A stretch of DNA of 64,000 bases from an uncultured delta proteobacterium (GTDB lineage: Bacteria; Myxococcota_A; Polyangia; Polyangiales; Polyangiaceae). The DNA lies in the NCBI GenBank assembly GCA_963841435.1, contig CAWJCS010000001.1:128001-192000 (forward strand), in the 5' to 3' direction. Positions within the stretch are counted from its first letter, which is position 1. Each line of letters opens with the position of its first letter. The translations under genes and the position numbers were made by a program. Shown piece after piece: positions 38,829 through 50,200 of this stretch. The notes beneath the pieces are model-generated. The model was given only the letters and a program-made list of their open reading frames with translations, was not told the DNA's origin and searched no databases.

Positions 38829-40568
38829 GTGCCGTCTCGCGCCACGCTCGTTCGCTTCGTTCGCGCGGCCCTGCCGTGGCTCGCCATCGCGATCCCGTGC
38901 GCACTCGTGTTCGGCCCTGGGGTCTACCGGCACTTCGCGTCGTCGTTCAACCTGAACCGCATCGCCGACGATACCCGCATCCAGCTCCCCTATTATTACC
39001 ACTACGTCGATTCGGAGCTCTTTCGTGGCGATCTGCTCGCGCGCTATCACGGCGACGGCGTCGGTGACGTTTGGCGCCTCCTCTACATCCTGTGGGCACA
39101 GTTCGCCGATCCGCTCACGCTGAGCCGACTGCTTCCCATGCCGCTCTACGCGGTGACGCTCGCGGCAGTCGCCGTGGCAGGCAACAACGTCGCCGGCAAG
39201 CCGGGAGCCTTCGTGGCGCTCGCCCTGTGCCTGGGCGCCTCGGCGATGATCGGCAGGCTGAGCGGTGGGCTCCCTCGCTCGTTCGTGTGCCCGCTTCTGT
39301 GCTGGCTGGTTGCGTGCTTGACCGGCGGCTGGATTCGGGGTGCCGCCATCATCACGGTCATCGGCGCAGGCCTCTACCCGATCGTCACGGTTATCGGCGG
39401 CATTTGCCTTGCCATCGTGCTGCTCGTTATGCCGGCGGCCGACCGGGGAAGCGCTGCGAGCTGGTCTTTCAAGCGCCGCGTGGCGGTCCTCGCCATCACG
39501 GCAGGCGCCGCGGGAGCGCTCGTCGCCCCGTTCGCGATCCGCGTGCGGCCGTTCGGCACCACCATTACGCCGGCGATGCTCGCGGAGTTTCCCGAGGCCG
39601 GCCCTGGCGGTCGGTCGAACGACATCGACTGTGCACCCTTCCCCCCGTTCTTCGAGGCTGCCGCTGCCATGGCGACGCGCTCACTTTTCGGGACGGGTGA
39701 CCGCCTCGTTTCCGCCGTCGGCAAGCCGCTTCGCAAGCCGGGCTCGGGTCGCGCCGTCTTCCTCACCTTGCTCGTGCTCGTTTCGGTGTTCGGCGTGTTC
39801 CGGCTCGGCCGCGTGAGCGCGGCCGTCCGGCGCCTCGCGGCCTTCGCCGCCGCGATTGGCATCGGTTACACGTTGGCAGACGCCGTGACGCCCGCGCTCG
39901 TCGTGCCGGAGCGCTACACGCACTACGGCATGCCGGCGCTCGTGCCCGTCGCGCTCGCTGGGGCGCTCTTCGGCCTCATGCCGTGGCGCCTGCTGCAACC
40001 GCGTGACGCCCCCAGCGCTCGGCGCAGGGCCGCAGTCTGGCTCGTGGGCGTGGGTGGGCTGCTCGTGGCTGCGGTCGGTAGCACGGGTCTGCCCCGGCAG
40101 GTGCTCGATGTGGAGCTTTCCGTCGGCGACCAAGGCTTGTACCGAGCGGTGGAGCGGCTCCCAAAGCACGCCGTGGTCGCAGGCTGGCCGACAGGGGTCA
40201 TGGATCAAGTCCCGCTCGTCACGAAACGCATCGCGTTTCTCACGCGGCAGATGCACGTGCCGTATCACGCGAAGCAGACGCTGATGATGCGAGGGCGGAT
40301 GCGCGCGCTCATCCAGGCTTACTTCGCGATCGATCCTGCCCCGCTCTTGAAACTGCGCGACGAGCTCGGCGTGACGCATTTGGTCGTCGAGTGGCGGTAC
40401 CTACGGGACAAACCGCCACATTACTTCCGCCCCTTCCGCGTGGACATCAGGCGCGCACTCCGCCGCGCGAAGGGCAAATCCTTCGAGCTCGAGCGCCAAG
40501 CCGCGACTTCAAAAGTCTTCGAAGACCGCAACTACACGCTGCTCGACCTGTCGCGCCTCCGGCGTTGA
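38829..40568 (+). CDS. Polytopic membrane protein, probable GT-C-fold glycosyltransferase
   Basis: N-terminal TM then loop with DD (IADDTR), about 11 hydrophobic segments, soluble C-terminal domain ending 'ELGVTHLVV'. Confidence 0.55.
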   Translation: MPSRATLVRFVRAALPWLAIAIPCALVFGPGVYRHFASSFNLNRIADDTRIQLPYYYHYVDSELFRGDLLARYHGDGVGDVWRLLYILWAQFADPLTLSRLLPMPLYAVTLAAVAVAGNNVAGKPGAFVALALCLGASAMIGRLSGGLPRSFVCPLLCWLVACLTGGWIRGAAIITVIGAGLYPIVTVIGGICLAIVLLVMPAADRGSAASWSFKRRVAVLAITAGAAGALVAPFAIRVRPFGTTITPAMLAEFPEAGPGGRSNDIDCAPFPPFFEAAAAMATRSLFGTGDRLVSAVGKPLRKPGSGRAVFLTLLVLVSVFGVFRLGRVSAAVRRLAAFAAAIGIGYTLADAVTPALVVPERYTHYGMPALVPVALAGALFGLMPWRLLQPRDAPSARRRAAVWLVGVGGLLVAAVGSTGLPRQVLDVELSVGDQGLYRAVERLPKHAVVAGWPTGVMDQVPLVTKRIAFLTRQMHVPYHAKQTLMMRGRMRALIQAYFAIDPAPLLKLRDELGVTHLVVEWRYLRDKPPHYFRPFRVDIRRALRRAKGKSFELERQAATSKVFEDRNYTLLDLSRLRR

Positions 40569-40699
40569 ATCGGACGGCGCGCGACCGATCTGCGACACGA
40601 CGACACGAGCTCTCGGCCTGGCGGCCGCCTACGGCCAAGGCTGTAGCTGCGTCGTTCGGCTTGAGTGCGCGTCGGGGCGCTGCAATAGTTGCAGGCGGG

Positions 40700-41995
40700 A
40701 TGGGAAACGATGCCTCGCATGGCGCGGCCCGAGCTCGACGCTGGCCGCCCGTCCTACGCCTTTCGTTGCGCGGGATCGTCGGCGTTGGCGCCCTCTTCGT
40801 CGCCGCGTACCTGGTGGCGCTGAGCCTCGAGCCGGGGCTCACCCGAGGCGCGACGCACCGCTGGCTCAATGACCCCTACGATCGCGGGATCTACTTCAAG
40901 CGCTCGCAGTGGTACCCGCGGCACCGGGTGCCCTACCGCCAGGTGTTCTCGGAGTACCCGACGGTCGCGACGCTCGCTTTCGCGGCCCCGCACCTCATGC
41001 CGGGCGGCGCGCACCTCAAACGGGCGAGCTATGAGCTGCGCTGGTCCGCGCTCATGGCCGCCGTGTTGCTCTCGACCATCGCGCTCATCGCGGTCTTCCG
41101 TCGCAAAATCGGGGAGCGGGCTGAGGTGGCGCTGCTCTTGCTCCTGCCCTCGACGCTGTACTTCAGCCTGATGCGCTTCGACATCCTGTGCGCGGCGCTC
41201 GTCTGTGCGAGCCTATGGGCCTTCAAGAGTGGCCGTTACCTTGCCGCGCACGTCGTGCTCGCCATTGCCACGTACACGAAGTGGTACCCTGTCGTCGTCT
41301 TCCCCGTCTTCCTTGCGTACCACTTTGCCAACGAGAAGCCCCTTTCGTTGCGACCGCGTGAGCTGCTGCGCACCGCCACCGTTCGCTACGGTGCCGCGTA
41401 CGTCCTGACCGTCGCGGCGATCACGGTCGCGAGCGTCGTGGCTTTCAGCTGGAAGGGCTTTCTCGTGCCGTATCGCTTCCACGGGGCCCGTGGCGCACAG
41501 TACATCAACCCGTATTTCATCGCCGACCACGTTCGCCACGCACTCGGCATCAAAAAGGCGGGTCTTGGGTGGATGAATCTGGCCTTTCTTGGCCTTCAGC
41601 TCTCGATTCTTCCCATCCTCCTATCTAAACGCGTCTGCACGATGACGGACGTTTTTCGCTACGCGACCCTCGCGATCTTCCTCTTCGTAGTCTTTGCTCG
41701 CATCGACTCGCCGCAATGGCTCCTCTGGTACGTCACGCCCGTGCTGATGTTCGCACGGCGGCCGGCCACGCTCTGGGTTGCCGGTGCGCTTTCAATCTGG
41801 AACTACGTCGTTTTTCCGTTCGCTTTCGACGAATACAAGGGCCAGGCGGGGGGGCTCGTGTTCTCGAGCATCGTGCTCGCCAAAGACGCGCTCGCCGCGG
41901 TCTTGATTGCCCTCGTCTTTCGCGACTCCTTGCCGGACGCGGAGGCGACTGCTCCTGCAGAGCCGCACCCTCCGCGCCCGGCCGAGCTGGTTTGA
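40700..41995 (+). CDS. GT87/DUF2029-like membrane glycosyltransferase
   Basis: PYRQVFSEYP, MRFDIL, TKWYP, SPQWLLW motifs; multiple TMs. Confidence 0.75.
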   Translation: MGNDASHGAARARRWPPVLRLSLRGIVGVGALFVAAYLVALSLEPGLTRGATHRWLNDPYDRGIYFKRSQWYPRHRVPYRQVFSEYPTVATLAFAAPHLMPGGAHLKRASYELRWSALMAAVLLSTIALIAVFRRKIGERAEVALLLLLPSTLYFSLMRFDILCAALVCASLWAFKSGRYLAAHVVLAIATYTKWYPVVVFPVFLAYHFANEKPLSLRPRELLRTATVRYGAAYVLTVAAITVASVVAFSWKGFLVPYRFHGARGAQYINPYFIADHVRHALGIKKAGLGWMNLAFLGLQLSILPILLSKRVCTMTDVFRYATLAIFLFVVFARIDSPQWLLWYVTPVLMFARRPATLWVAGALSIWNYVVFPFAFDEYKGQAGGLVFSSIVLAKDALAAVLIALVFRDSLPDAEATAPAEPHPPRPAELV

Positions 41996-42058
41996 GCGAT
42001 CTCGGCCCTTCGTTCGACGTTGGCGTCTGCCGCGCGTCGTGGCGACAGGGCAGCGCGA

Positions 42059-43714
42059 TCAGCGTGGCCTGGAAGTCTTGCGGTGCCGGTGCTTGCGGCG
42101 ATGTTTCTTCGCGGGGGCCTTGTCCGCAGCCTTGGCGGCCTCGCCGAGAGCGAAGCGCGAGATGCGGACGCTGCGGCCGAGCCGCTTCGCACGCGTGGGT
42201 TTGCCCATGTGCGCGAGCTTCGCGCGGATTGCCTTGGCGGGCGCCCAGGACCGCCCTTCGATCGTCCAGACGGTCGTGGCCCCTTCGATGGCCTTTGGTA
42301 GTTTCGCCACATCGTCAACGGCGACGTACTCGAAGCGACGGAGCGGTCGCGTCTTGCGGCTGAAATAGTACTCGAGCAGCCGCGCCTCCCGCTGGGCGGT
42401 GGTGAGCACTTTGGCGCCGCGCCGCGCGTCACGCTGCACGAGTCTGATGCCGTCGTACCAGCGCGGCTTGAGGACGGGCGCATAGTACTCGAGGTGCAGC
42501 GCACGGCCCGCGAAGAGCGCGAAGGCGGCGACGGAAAGGACGCGGACCGCAACCGGGCGCACGAAGAGCAGACCGGCGGCCACGAGAACGGCGAACGGCG
42601 CGACCGACCAGACGATCGTCCGCGTCAGGAAGATGGGCTCGCGCAAGCTCGCGAGCAGCACGAGCCCGGGACCGAGCAGCGTGAGCACCCACAGGGACAC
42701 GAGGGCGAGTGCCTGACGGCGCAGGGCGAAGCTGCCGAGCAAGGCGAGCGCGAGCACGACGACGTTCAGCCATAAGCCGTGGCCGAACAGGAACACCCAC
42801 TCGACGTAGCGCCAGACAATCCTCTGCGTCGGGTGTGAGATCCATGGCTTCATGTGAACCACGACGCCGATCTGGCGGACCAGATGCCAGAGCCATGGCA
42901 TGAAGGCGACGATCACGACGACGTTCGTCAACAGATAGTTGAGCGCGAAGCGCCAGCGTTCCTCACTGCGCGCCACGATGAACGCGAGCGCGACGGCGGA
43001 GCACGAGATGACGAACAGAGCGCTCGTTCCGTGCGAGTAGAGCGCGAGCAACAGCCCGAAGGCGAGCAGCAGCCACGCGCGCCGCGCCTGCCGAGTCGCA
43101 GCATCGGCCGCGCGCCGGAAGCTTCGATGAAGCGGTCGTGCCGCCTCCGCGGGGTGCTGCACGAGCCAGAGCAGCCCCCAGACCGCGAGGCTCGCCGCCA
43201 GGCAGTACATGGCGTACATGCGCGCCTCCTGGTCGTACTGCACGGAGCACGGGTTCAGCGCGATGACGAGGGCTGCCACCAGGCCGAGGACGCGGCCGCC
43301 GACCGTGCGACCAATACCGTAAACGGCGAGCACTTTGAGCACTCCAAAGATGGCCGACGGCAAGCGCAGCATGAGCTCGCTGTCGCCGATGCCGAGCGCG
43401 AGGTAAAAGTGCATCAACAAGAAGTAAGTGGGGATGTGATGCTTGTTCTCGGCGTCCCGCACGAGCCCCTCGAGCGTCAAGCGTGACCGATGGAACGTCG
43501 TTGCTTCATCGAGCCACAGCGACTCGCCGCCGAGGTCGTGAAAGCGCGTGAACAACGCGACGAGCAGCACGACGCCGATCAGGAAGCGTTCGTCGCGCAG
43601 CACCCTCAAAATGCGCTCGCGTCGCGCTGGCGTCAGCCAAGTTGACCAGGGAAAGGAGAACGCAGCCAGACGACCCACCAAAGACCGAGAAACGAGCCCG
43701 GCGCACCTTGGCAC
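42059..43714 (-). CDS. GT39/PMT-like membrane glycosyltransferase (start uncertain)
   Basis: LGGESLWLDEA, HIPTYFLLMH, ELMLRLPSAIFG, YDQEARMYA; basic C-terminal tail. Confidence 0.85.
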   Translation of the reverse strand: MPRCAGLVSRSLVGRLAAFSFPWSTWLTPARRERILRVLRDERFLIGVVLLVALFTRFHDLGGESLWLDEATTFHRSRLTLEGLVRDAENKHHIPTYFLLMHFYLALGIGDSELMLRLPSAIFGVLKVLAVYGIGRTVGGRVLGLVAALVIALNPCSVQYDQEARMYAMYCLAASLAVWGLLWLVQHPAEAARPLHRSFRRAADAATRQARRAWLLLAFGLLLALYSHGTSALFVISCSAVALAFIVARSEERWRFALNYLLTNVVVIVAFMPWLWHLVRQIGVVVHMKPWISHPTQRIVWRYVEWVFLFGHGLWLNVVVLALALLGSFALRRQALALVSLWVLTLLGPGLVLLASLREPIFLTRTIVWSVAPFAVLVAAGLLFVRPVAVRVLSVAAFALFAGRALHLEYYAPVLKPRWYDGIRLVQRDARRGAKVLTTAQREARLLEYYFSRKTRPLRRFEYVAVDDVAKLPKAIEGATTVWTIEGRSWAPAKAIRAKLAHMGKPTRAKRLGRSVRISRFALGEAAKAADKAPAKKHRRKHRHRKTSRPR

Positions 43715-43922
43715 CTGGCACTTGGGCGCGCAAGCTCGCGCCGGGGGCGTCAGGCATCGCGGCAGGCTGGATCAACGCCTCGTGCCGATCGCGTCGTCGA
43801 TACGCGAGTGCCCAGTGACCCCGCGGACAATCCGCGCAGCCCCCTTGATTTTCCCGCGCTTCGAGAATACTGGCTATCGTCTTGAGTCCCACGAAGAGCA
43901 CGCCGATGACGGACGATCGGAC

Positions 43923-45650
43923 ATGTCCGTAGCGCGTCAGCTCCCTCGCTGGGCGGAGTCACTGTTGCGAAGCGCTCGTGCCCGGGAGGTCGCCCTAGCG
44001 GCCCTCTTGGGGACGCTGGCGTTCGCCCTCGTTCTCGACTTCGGCATCGTGCGCCCGACGGCGATCGACTGGCTGTTCAACTACCACACGGACCCCGCGC
44101 AATATTACATCTCGCTCGCGTTTTACCGGAACTCTGCCTGGCACTTTCCACTCGATGGCATGGAGACGATGCTCCATCCGGCCGGGGCCTCGTTCACGCT
44201 CGCCGACGGTATCCCCCTGCTCGGGATTCCGACCAAGGCGCTGACGTGGGCGCTGCCGACGGACTTTCAGTACTTCGGGTTCTGGCTCTTCATCTGCTAC
44301 GTCCTGAACGCCGTCTTCGCCAAGCTCGTGTTGAATCACCTCGTGCGGTCGCGGCCACTGGCGTGGGTGGGGACCGCCATCGTCACGCTCGCGCCCGCCT
44401 TCGTCGCGAACTTTCGCCACGCCCACCTCTCGTCGCACTGGCTCATTCTGGCTGCGTTCCACGCGTTGATCGCGGCGCCTGCCGTGCCCAAACGGCGGAT
44501 TTGGGTCTACTCGACGATGAGCCTGTTCATCCAGCCGTACCTGTTCGTGATCGTGAACGGCGTGCTGGTCGGCGCGTACTGGATCCACCGAAAAGAGCGA
44601 CGGGACCTCGCTGTCACCGCGATGGGTTGGGTCGCCCTGACCCTTCTTTCGGCGTGGGTGCTCGGCTACTTTCGCATGCCGAGCTCGACCGCGTCCGCGC
44701 TGCCCCGCTTCCACGCGGACCTCGTGGCCTTCTTCAGCGCCATGGGAACCTCGAGCATCGTGCCCGATACGCCGATGGGCGGGCCGTTCAGAAAGCAGTG
44801 GAACGGGACGTCGGCGACGTACGCGTACCTTGGCCTCGGCGGTTTCGCGCTCCTCGCCGCGCTCCTCGCACGGCTCGTCGAAGGAGCCGTGCGACGCCCG
44901 AGCGCACCCATCCTGCACCCGGCCTGGAAGGTGCTCGGCGTGCTTTCGCTCTTGATGGCAGCCTACGCATGGACGCCGTCACCGTACATCCTGGGCACGC
45001 GACATGCGGGCCTCCCGTTTCTCACCGATCTCATCCACCCCATCGTTCTCCGGCTGCGTAGCGTTTCGCGGTTCGCCTGGCCGCTCTACTACTACGTCTT
45101 CTTCTTCGGCCTGCAGGCTGCCGACCAGTGGATCTCGCGGCTCTCGTTCGCTCGAGCCGCTCCAATCGGGGCCCTGTTGCTCGGTGGCGCTCAGTTTGCG
45201 GACATCGGCCCGTGGCTGATGTCGCGCGGCAACCTCCGGCAGTTCAAAAACCCGACCCACGTCGGCAAGGTTTCCCGCTCCTTCGAGCGCGCCGTCACCA
45301 AGAAGGTTCGCTATCTGGTGCTCGACCCGCCCGTGTCCCGCCGCAGCTGCGCCTCCGTCAACATCCCGGCGCCGCACCGGCAATGGAGGCATGGGGAGTA
45401 CTATCCGATCGCGCTGTTCGCCGCGCGTCATCATCTGATCGTGAACACGGATTTTCGCGCTTCCGCCCGCATGAGCGACAACGTCCTCTCGGTCGTGTGC
45501 GCCTACACGGCACAAATGCGCGAAGCGGCGGGCCACCGGGACAACGTCGTGGTGTTGCGGGTTCCCGGAAAGCCCCGGAAGCATCGCCGGTCACCCAACC
45601 GTCGTCATCGTCCAAAAGGACGCCACCACGGCAAGGGCAGGAAGAAGTGA
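43923..45650 (+). CDS. DUF6311-like polytopic membrane protein (GT-C-like)
   Basis: DPAQYY...FYRNSAWHFP, DGIPLLGI, DFQYFGFW, HLSSHWLIL, AYLGLGG, LRSVSRFAWPLYY, QFADI; basic tail. Confidence 0.7.
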   Translation: MSVARQLPRWAESLLRSARAREVALAALLGTLAFALVLDFGIVRPTAIDWLFNYHTDPAQYYISLAFYRNSAWHFPLDGMETMLHPAGASFTLADGIPLLGIPTKALTWALPTDFQYFGFWLFICYVLNAVFAKLVLNHLVRSRPLAWVGTAIVTLAPAFVANFRHAHLSSHWLILAAFHALIAAPAVPKRRIWVYSTMSLFIQPYLFVIVNGVLVGAYWIHRKERRDLAVTAMGWVALTLLSAWVLGYFRMPSSTASALPRFHADLVAFFSAMGTSSIVPDTPMGGPFRKQWNGTSATYAYLGLGGFALLAALLARLVEGAVRRPSAPILHPAWKVLGVLSLLMAAYAWTPSPYILGTRHAGLPFLTDLIHPIVLRLRSVSRFAWPLYYYVFFFGLQAADQWISRLSFARAAPIGALLLGGAQFADIGPWLMSRGNLRQFKNPTHVGKVSRSFERAVTKKVRYLVLDPPVSRRSCASVNIPAPHRQWRHGEYYPIALFAARHHLIVNTDFRASARMSDNVLSVVCAYTAQMREAAGHRDNVVVLRVPGKPRKHRRSPNRRHRPKGRHHGKGRKK

Positions 45651-45732
45651 AGGCCTGTTGGAGCCCGCCGCTAGAACGGCGGGCGATCGACGCGCGGGCC
45701 CGCCACGCATCGTCCGGGCGACACGCGGCGTT

Positions 45733-47169
<1,437 letters not shown>

Positions 47170-47280
47170 GGCTGCCTCGACGGGGCCGAAGGAGCGGCAA
47201 TCATAGCCACACCATGATAGCGCGGGCCCGCGCGGGCGCGAAGCCCGCGCGGGAGGCCATGGCGCCGGGTTTTGTGGGCT

Positions 47281-50200
47281 CTACTGGCAGGTGGCGTTGT
47301 TCGTGCCCGAGCACGTGCCCGAGCACGCCAGGTTGCTCGACTGGTTGTAGGTGCGCGCCCAGCCGGCATTCTGGAGGATGGTTCTGAGGGCGTCGGGCTG
47401 GCACACGCTGAGCTGGGAGTTCGACTGCACCGTCAGGTTACCGGCAAGGGTCGTGAACTTGCCGGTGGACGGCAGCAGGCCGAGGATCGAGACGAGGCTG
47501 CCGTTGCCGTACACCTGGAAGTAGTCGCTCGTGGTCGTGCCGACGCTCGTGAGCTTCGACAGGCCGTCGAGATTCACCAGTGAGCCGTTGCTCTGGATGT
47601 TGAAGTACTTGCCGACCGTCGTCAGCGACGCGAGGCCGCCGACGTTCGTGAGCGCTTGATTGTTGTAGATCTGCAGGTAGCCGCTCACGCTCGCGAGGGA
47701 CGAGAGCCCGCCGATCGTGCTGAGCGCTGCGTTCGACTGGATGTTCATGTCGCCACCGACCGTCTGCAGGCCGCCGAGGCCGTTGAGGTTGGTGAGCGAC
47801 GCGTTGCTCGAGATGGTGACCGCGCCGCCGATCGACTGGAGGTTGGTCATCCCGTTGACGTTCGTCAGCGTCGTCGATTGGAGCAGGAAGTTGCCCGTCA
47901 GGGTCGTCACGTTCTTCATCCAGGCAAGGTCGGTCGTGCCGTTGATGTCGGCATCGCCCGTGAACGTGCCGCTCTGATTGTCGATGCCGCCCGCCGTGCC
48001 CGTGCAGGTCGCTCCGGAGCACACCGTACAGCCGGAGTTCGCGCCGCTCTTGTTGAGGCCGCTCGAAACGTTGAGCGCCGTCCTCAAGAGGTCAACCTCG
48101 CACCGCGAGAGCGCCGGGTTGCCGGCGATCTGGTAGATGTTGCCGAGTGCGCCGGTGCTGAGCGTGCCGGAGCGCAGCCCGGCGATGCTATTTAGCACCG
48201 GGTTGGACGCCACGACGAGGTCGAGCCCGATCGAGACGAGGCTGTCGAACCCGTTGAAGTTCGTCAGCACGTCGCTGTCGCGGATGATGAGCGACACGCC
48301 GATCTGCCCGAGGTTCGTAAACCCGCTGATCGACGTGAGCGCGGGGTGGTTCTTGATGCTCAGCGTGCCGATGATGTCGGTCACCGCGTTGAACCCGCTG
48401 ATCGTCTGCAGGCCGTTGTCGTGGATGTCGACGTTGGCGTTCGGCATCGCGAGCGAGGTGAAGCCCGCGATGCTGACCAGGAGCGGATTGTTGTAGATGA
48501 GGATTGAGCTCGCGACGCTCGTGAGGCCCTCGAAGCCGTTGTTGGCGTCGAGCGAGGCGAGCTTCGCGTTGTCGTGGATCTCGAGCGTGCTGCTGATGGA
48601 GTCGAGCGTCGAGAAGCCGCCAATCGACGTGAGCGAGGCGCAGCTCGTGATCTTGAGCGCGCCGGCCGAGACCGTCGCGAGGGCCTCGAACCCGTTGATG
48701 GTCGCGAGTGCGGCGTCGTTGTTGATGCGAAGCTCTCCGTGCACGTCGTTGAGCGACGCGAAGCCGCTGATGCTCGCGAGCGACGAGTTCGACTCGATCG
48801 CGAGATAGGCGCCGACCGAGTAGAGCGAGCCGATGCCGTTGAGATCCGAGAGCGCGCTGTTGCTCGCGATGTTGAAGTACTGGCTGACGGACGTGAGCCC
48901 GCTCAGGCCGTTGATGTTCTGCAGTGCACCGTTGCCGTAGATCTGCAGGTACCCGCCCACGGTCGTGAGTGCGCCGAGCCCGTTCAAGCTCGTGAGCGAC
49001 CCGTTGCTCTGGATGTTGAAGTAGCTGCCGACCGAGGCGAGCATACTGAGGCCGTTCACGTTGGTGAGCGCCTGGTTGTTGTAGATCTGGAGGTAGCCGC
49101 CCACGGTCGCCAGGCTGCTCAGCCCCGTGAGGCTCGTGAGGCTGCTGTTCGACTGGATATTCAGGTTGCCGTCGATGGCGGTGAGCTTGTTCAGCGCGCT
49201 CAACGTCGTCAGCGAGCTGTTGCTACTGATGCTCACGTCGCCGGTCACGTGAACCAGGTTGCCGAGGCCCGTCACGTTGGAGAGTGACGTGCTGTTGATG
49301 GTGAGGTCACCGATGATTTCGGTGACGTTGGCGAGCGCGGGGAGCTGCGCGGAGCTCGTGATGGTGATCGACCCCTGGAAGGTGCCGCTCTGACCGGTCG
49401 GGCCGCCGCTCGTGCCCGAGCAGACCGGCCCCGTGCACTGGGTGCAGCCGGCATTGCAGCAGCTCGTGTCGGTTCCCAGGAGGCCGTTCGCGTTCTCTAG
49501 GGTCTGCTTGAGGTCCGCGACGGCGCAGCTCGAAAGGTTCGGATTGCCCGAGATGTCGAACAAGTTGCCGATGCTCTGCATGTTGGCCGTGAGCAGGGCG
49601 TTGATGCTGCTGAGCGCGGGGTTGTTCTTGACCAAGAGGTCGGTGCCAATGGTCTTCAGGTTCGCGACGCCGTCGAAGTTCGTGAGCTTGCTGTTGATGC
49701 GAATGCCGAAGTAGTTGCTGACCTCGTCGAGCGATCCGAAGCCGCCGATGGTCGTCAGGTTCGGGTTGTCGTGAATATCGACGTGTCCGATCACCTTGAG
49801 CACGGAGTTGAACCCGGCAATCGAGGCGAGCGACGCGTTGTTGTAGATCTCGAGGTGCCGGTTCGCCGTGGCAAGCTTCGTGAATCCCGCGATCGACGTG
49901 ATCGCGGGGTTGTTGTAGAGCAGGATGTCGCTGCCGGCGAAAGCCAGGGCGTTGAAGCCGTCGATCCTGGAGAGCACCGTGTTGTCGCGGATGACGGTGG
50001 AGCCGGTGACGTTCTGGAGCTTGGGGAAGCCCAGAATGTTCGTGAGCATGGCCTCGCTGTAGATGGAGAGGCCGCCGGCGTCCGTCAGCTCGGCGAAGCC
50101 CGTCAAGGTCGTCTGCTTGGCGTTGCTGTACACGTTGATGGTGCCACCGGCGGCGGTGAGCTTCGCGAAGCCGGCGAGCGAGGTGAGGTTGGCGTTGGAG

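Noticed and set aside
43709-43730. Tandem TGGCAC as a sigma54 promoter
   Set aside because: No TTGC at the required -12 spacing for either copy
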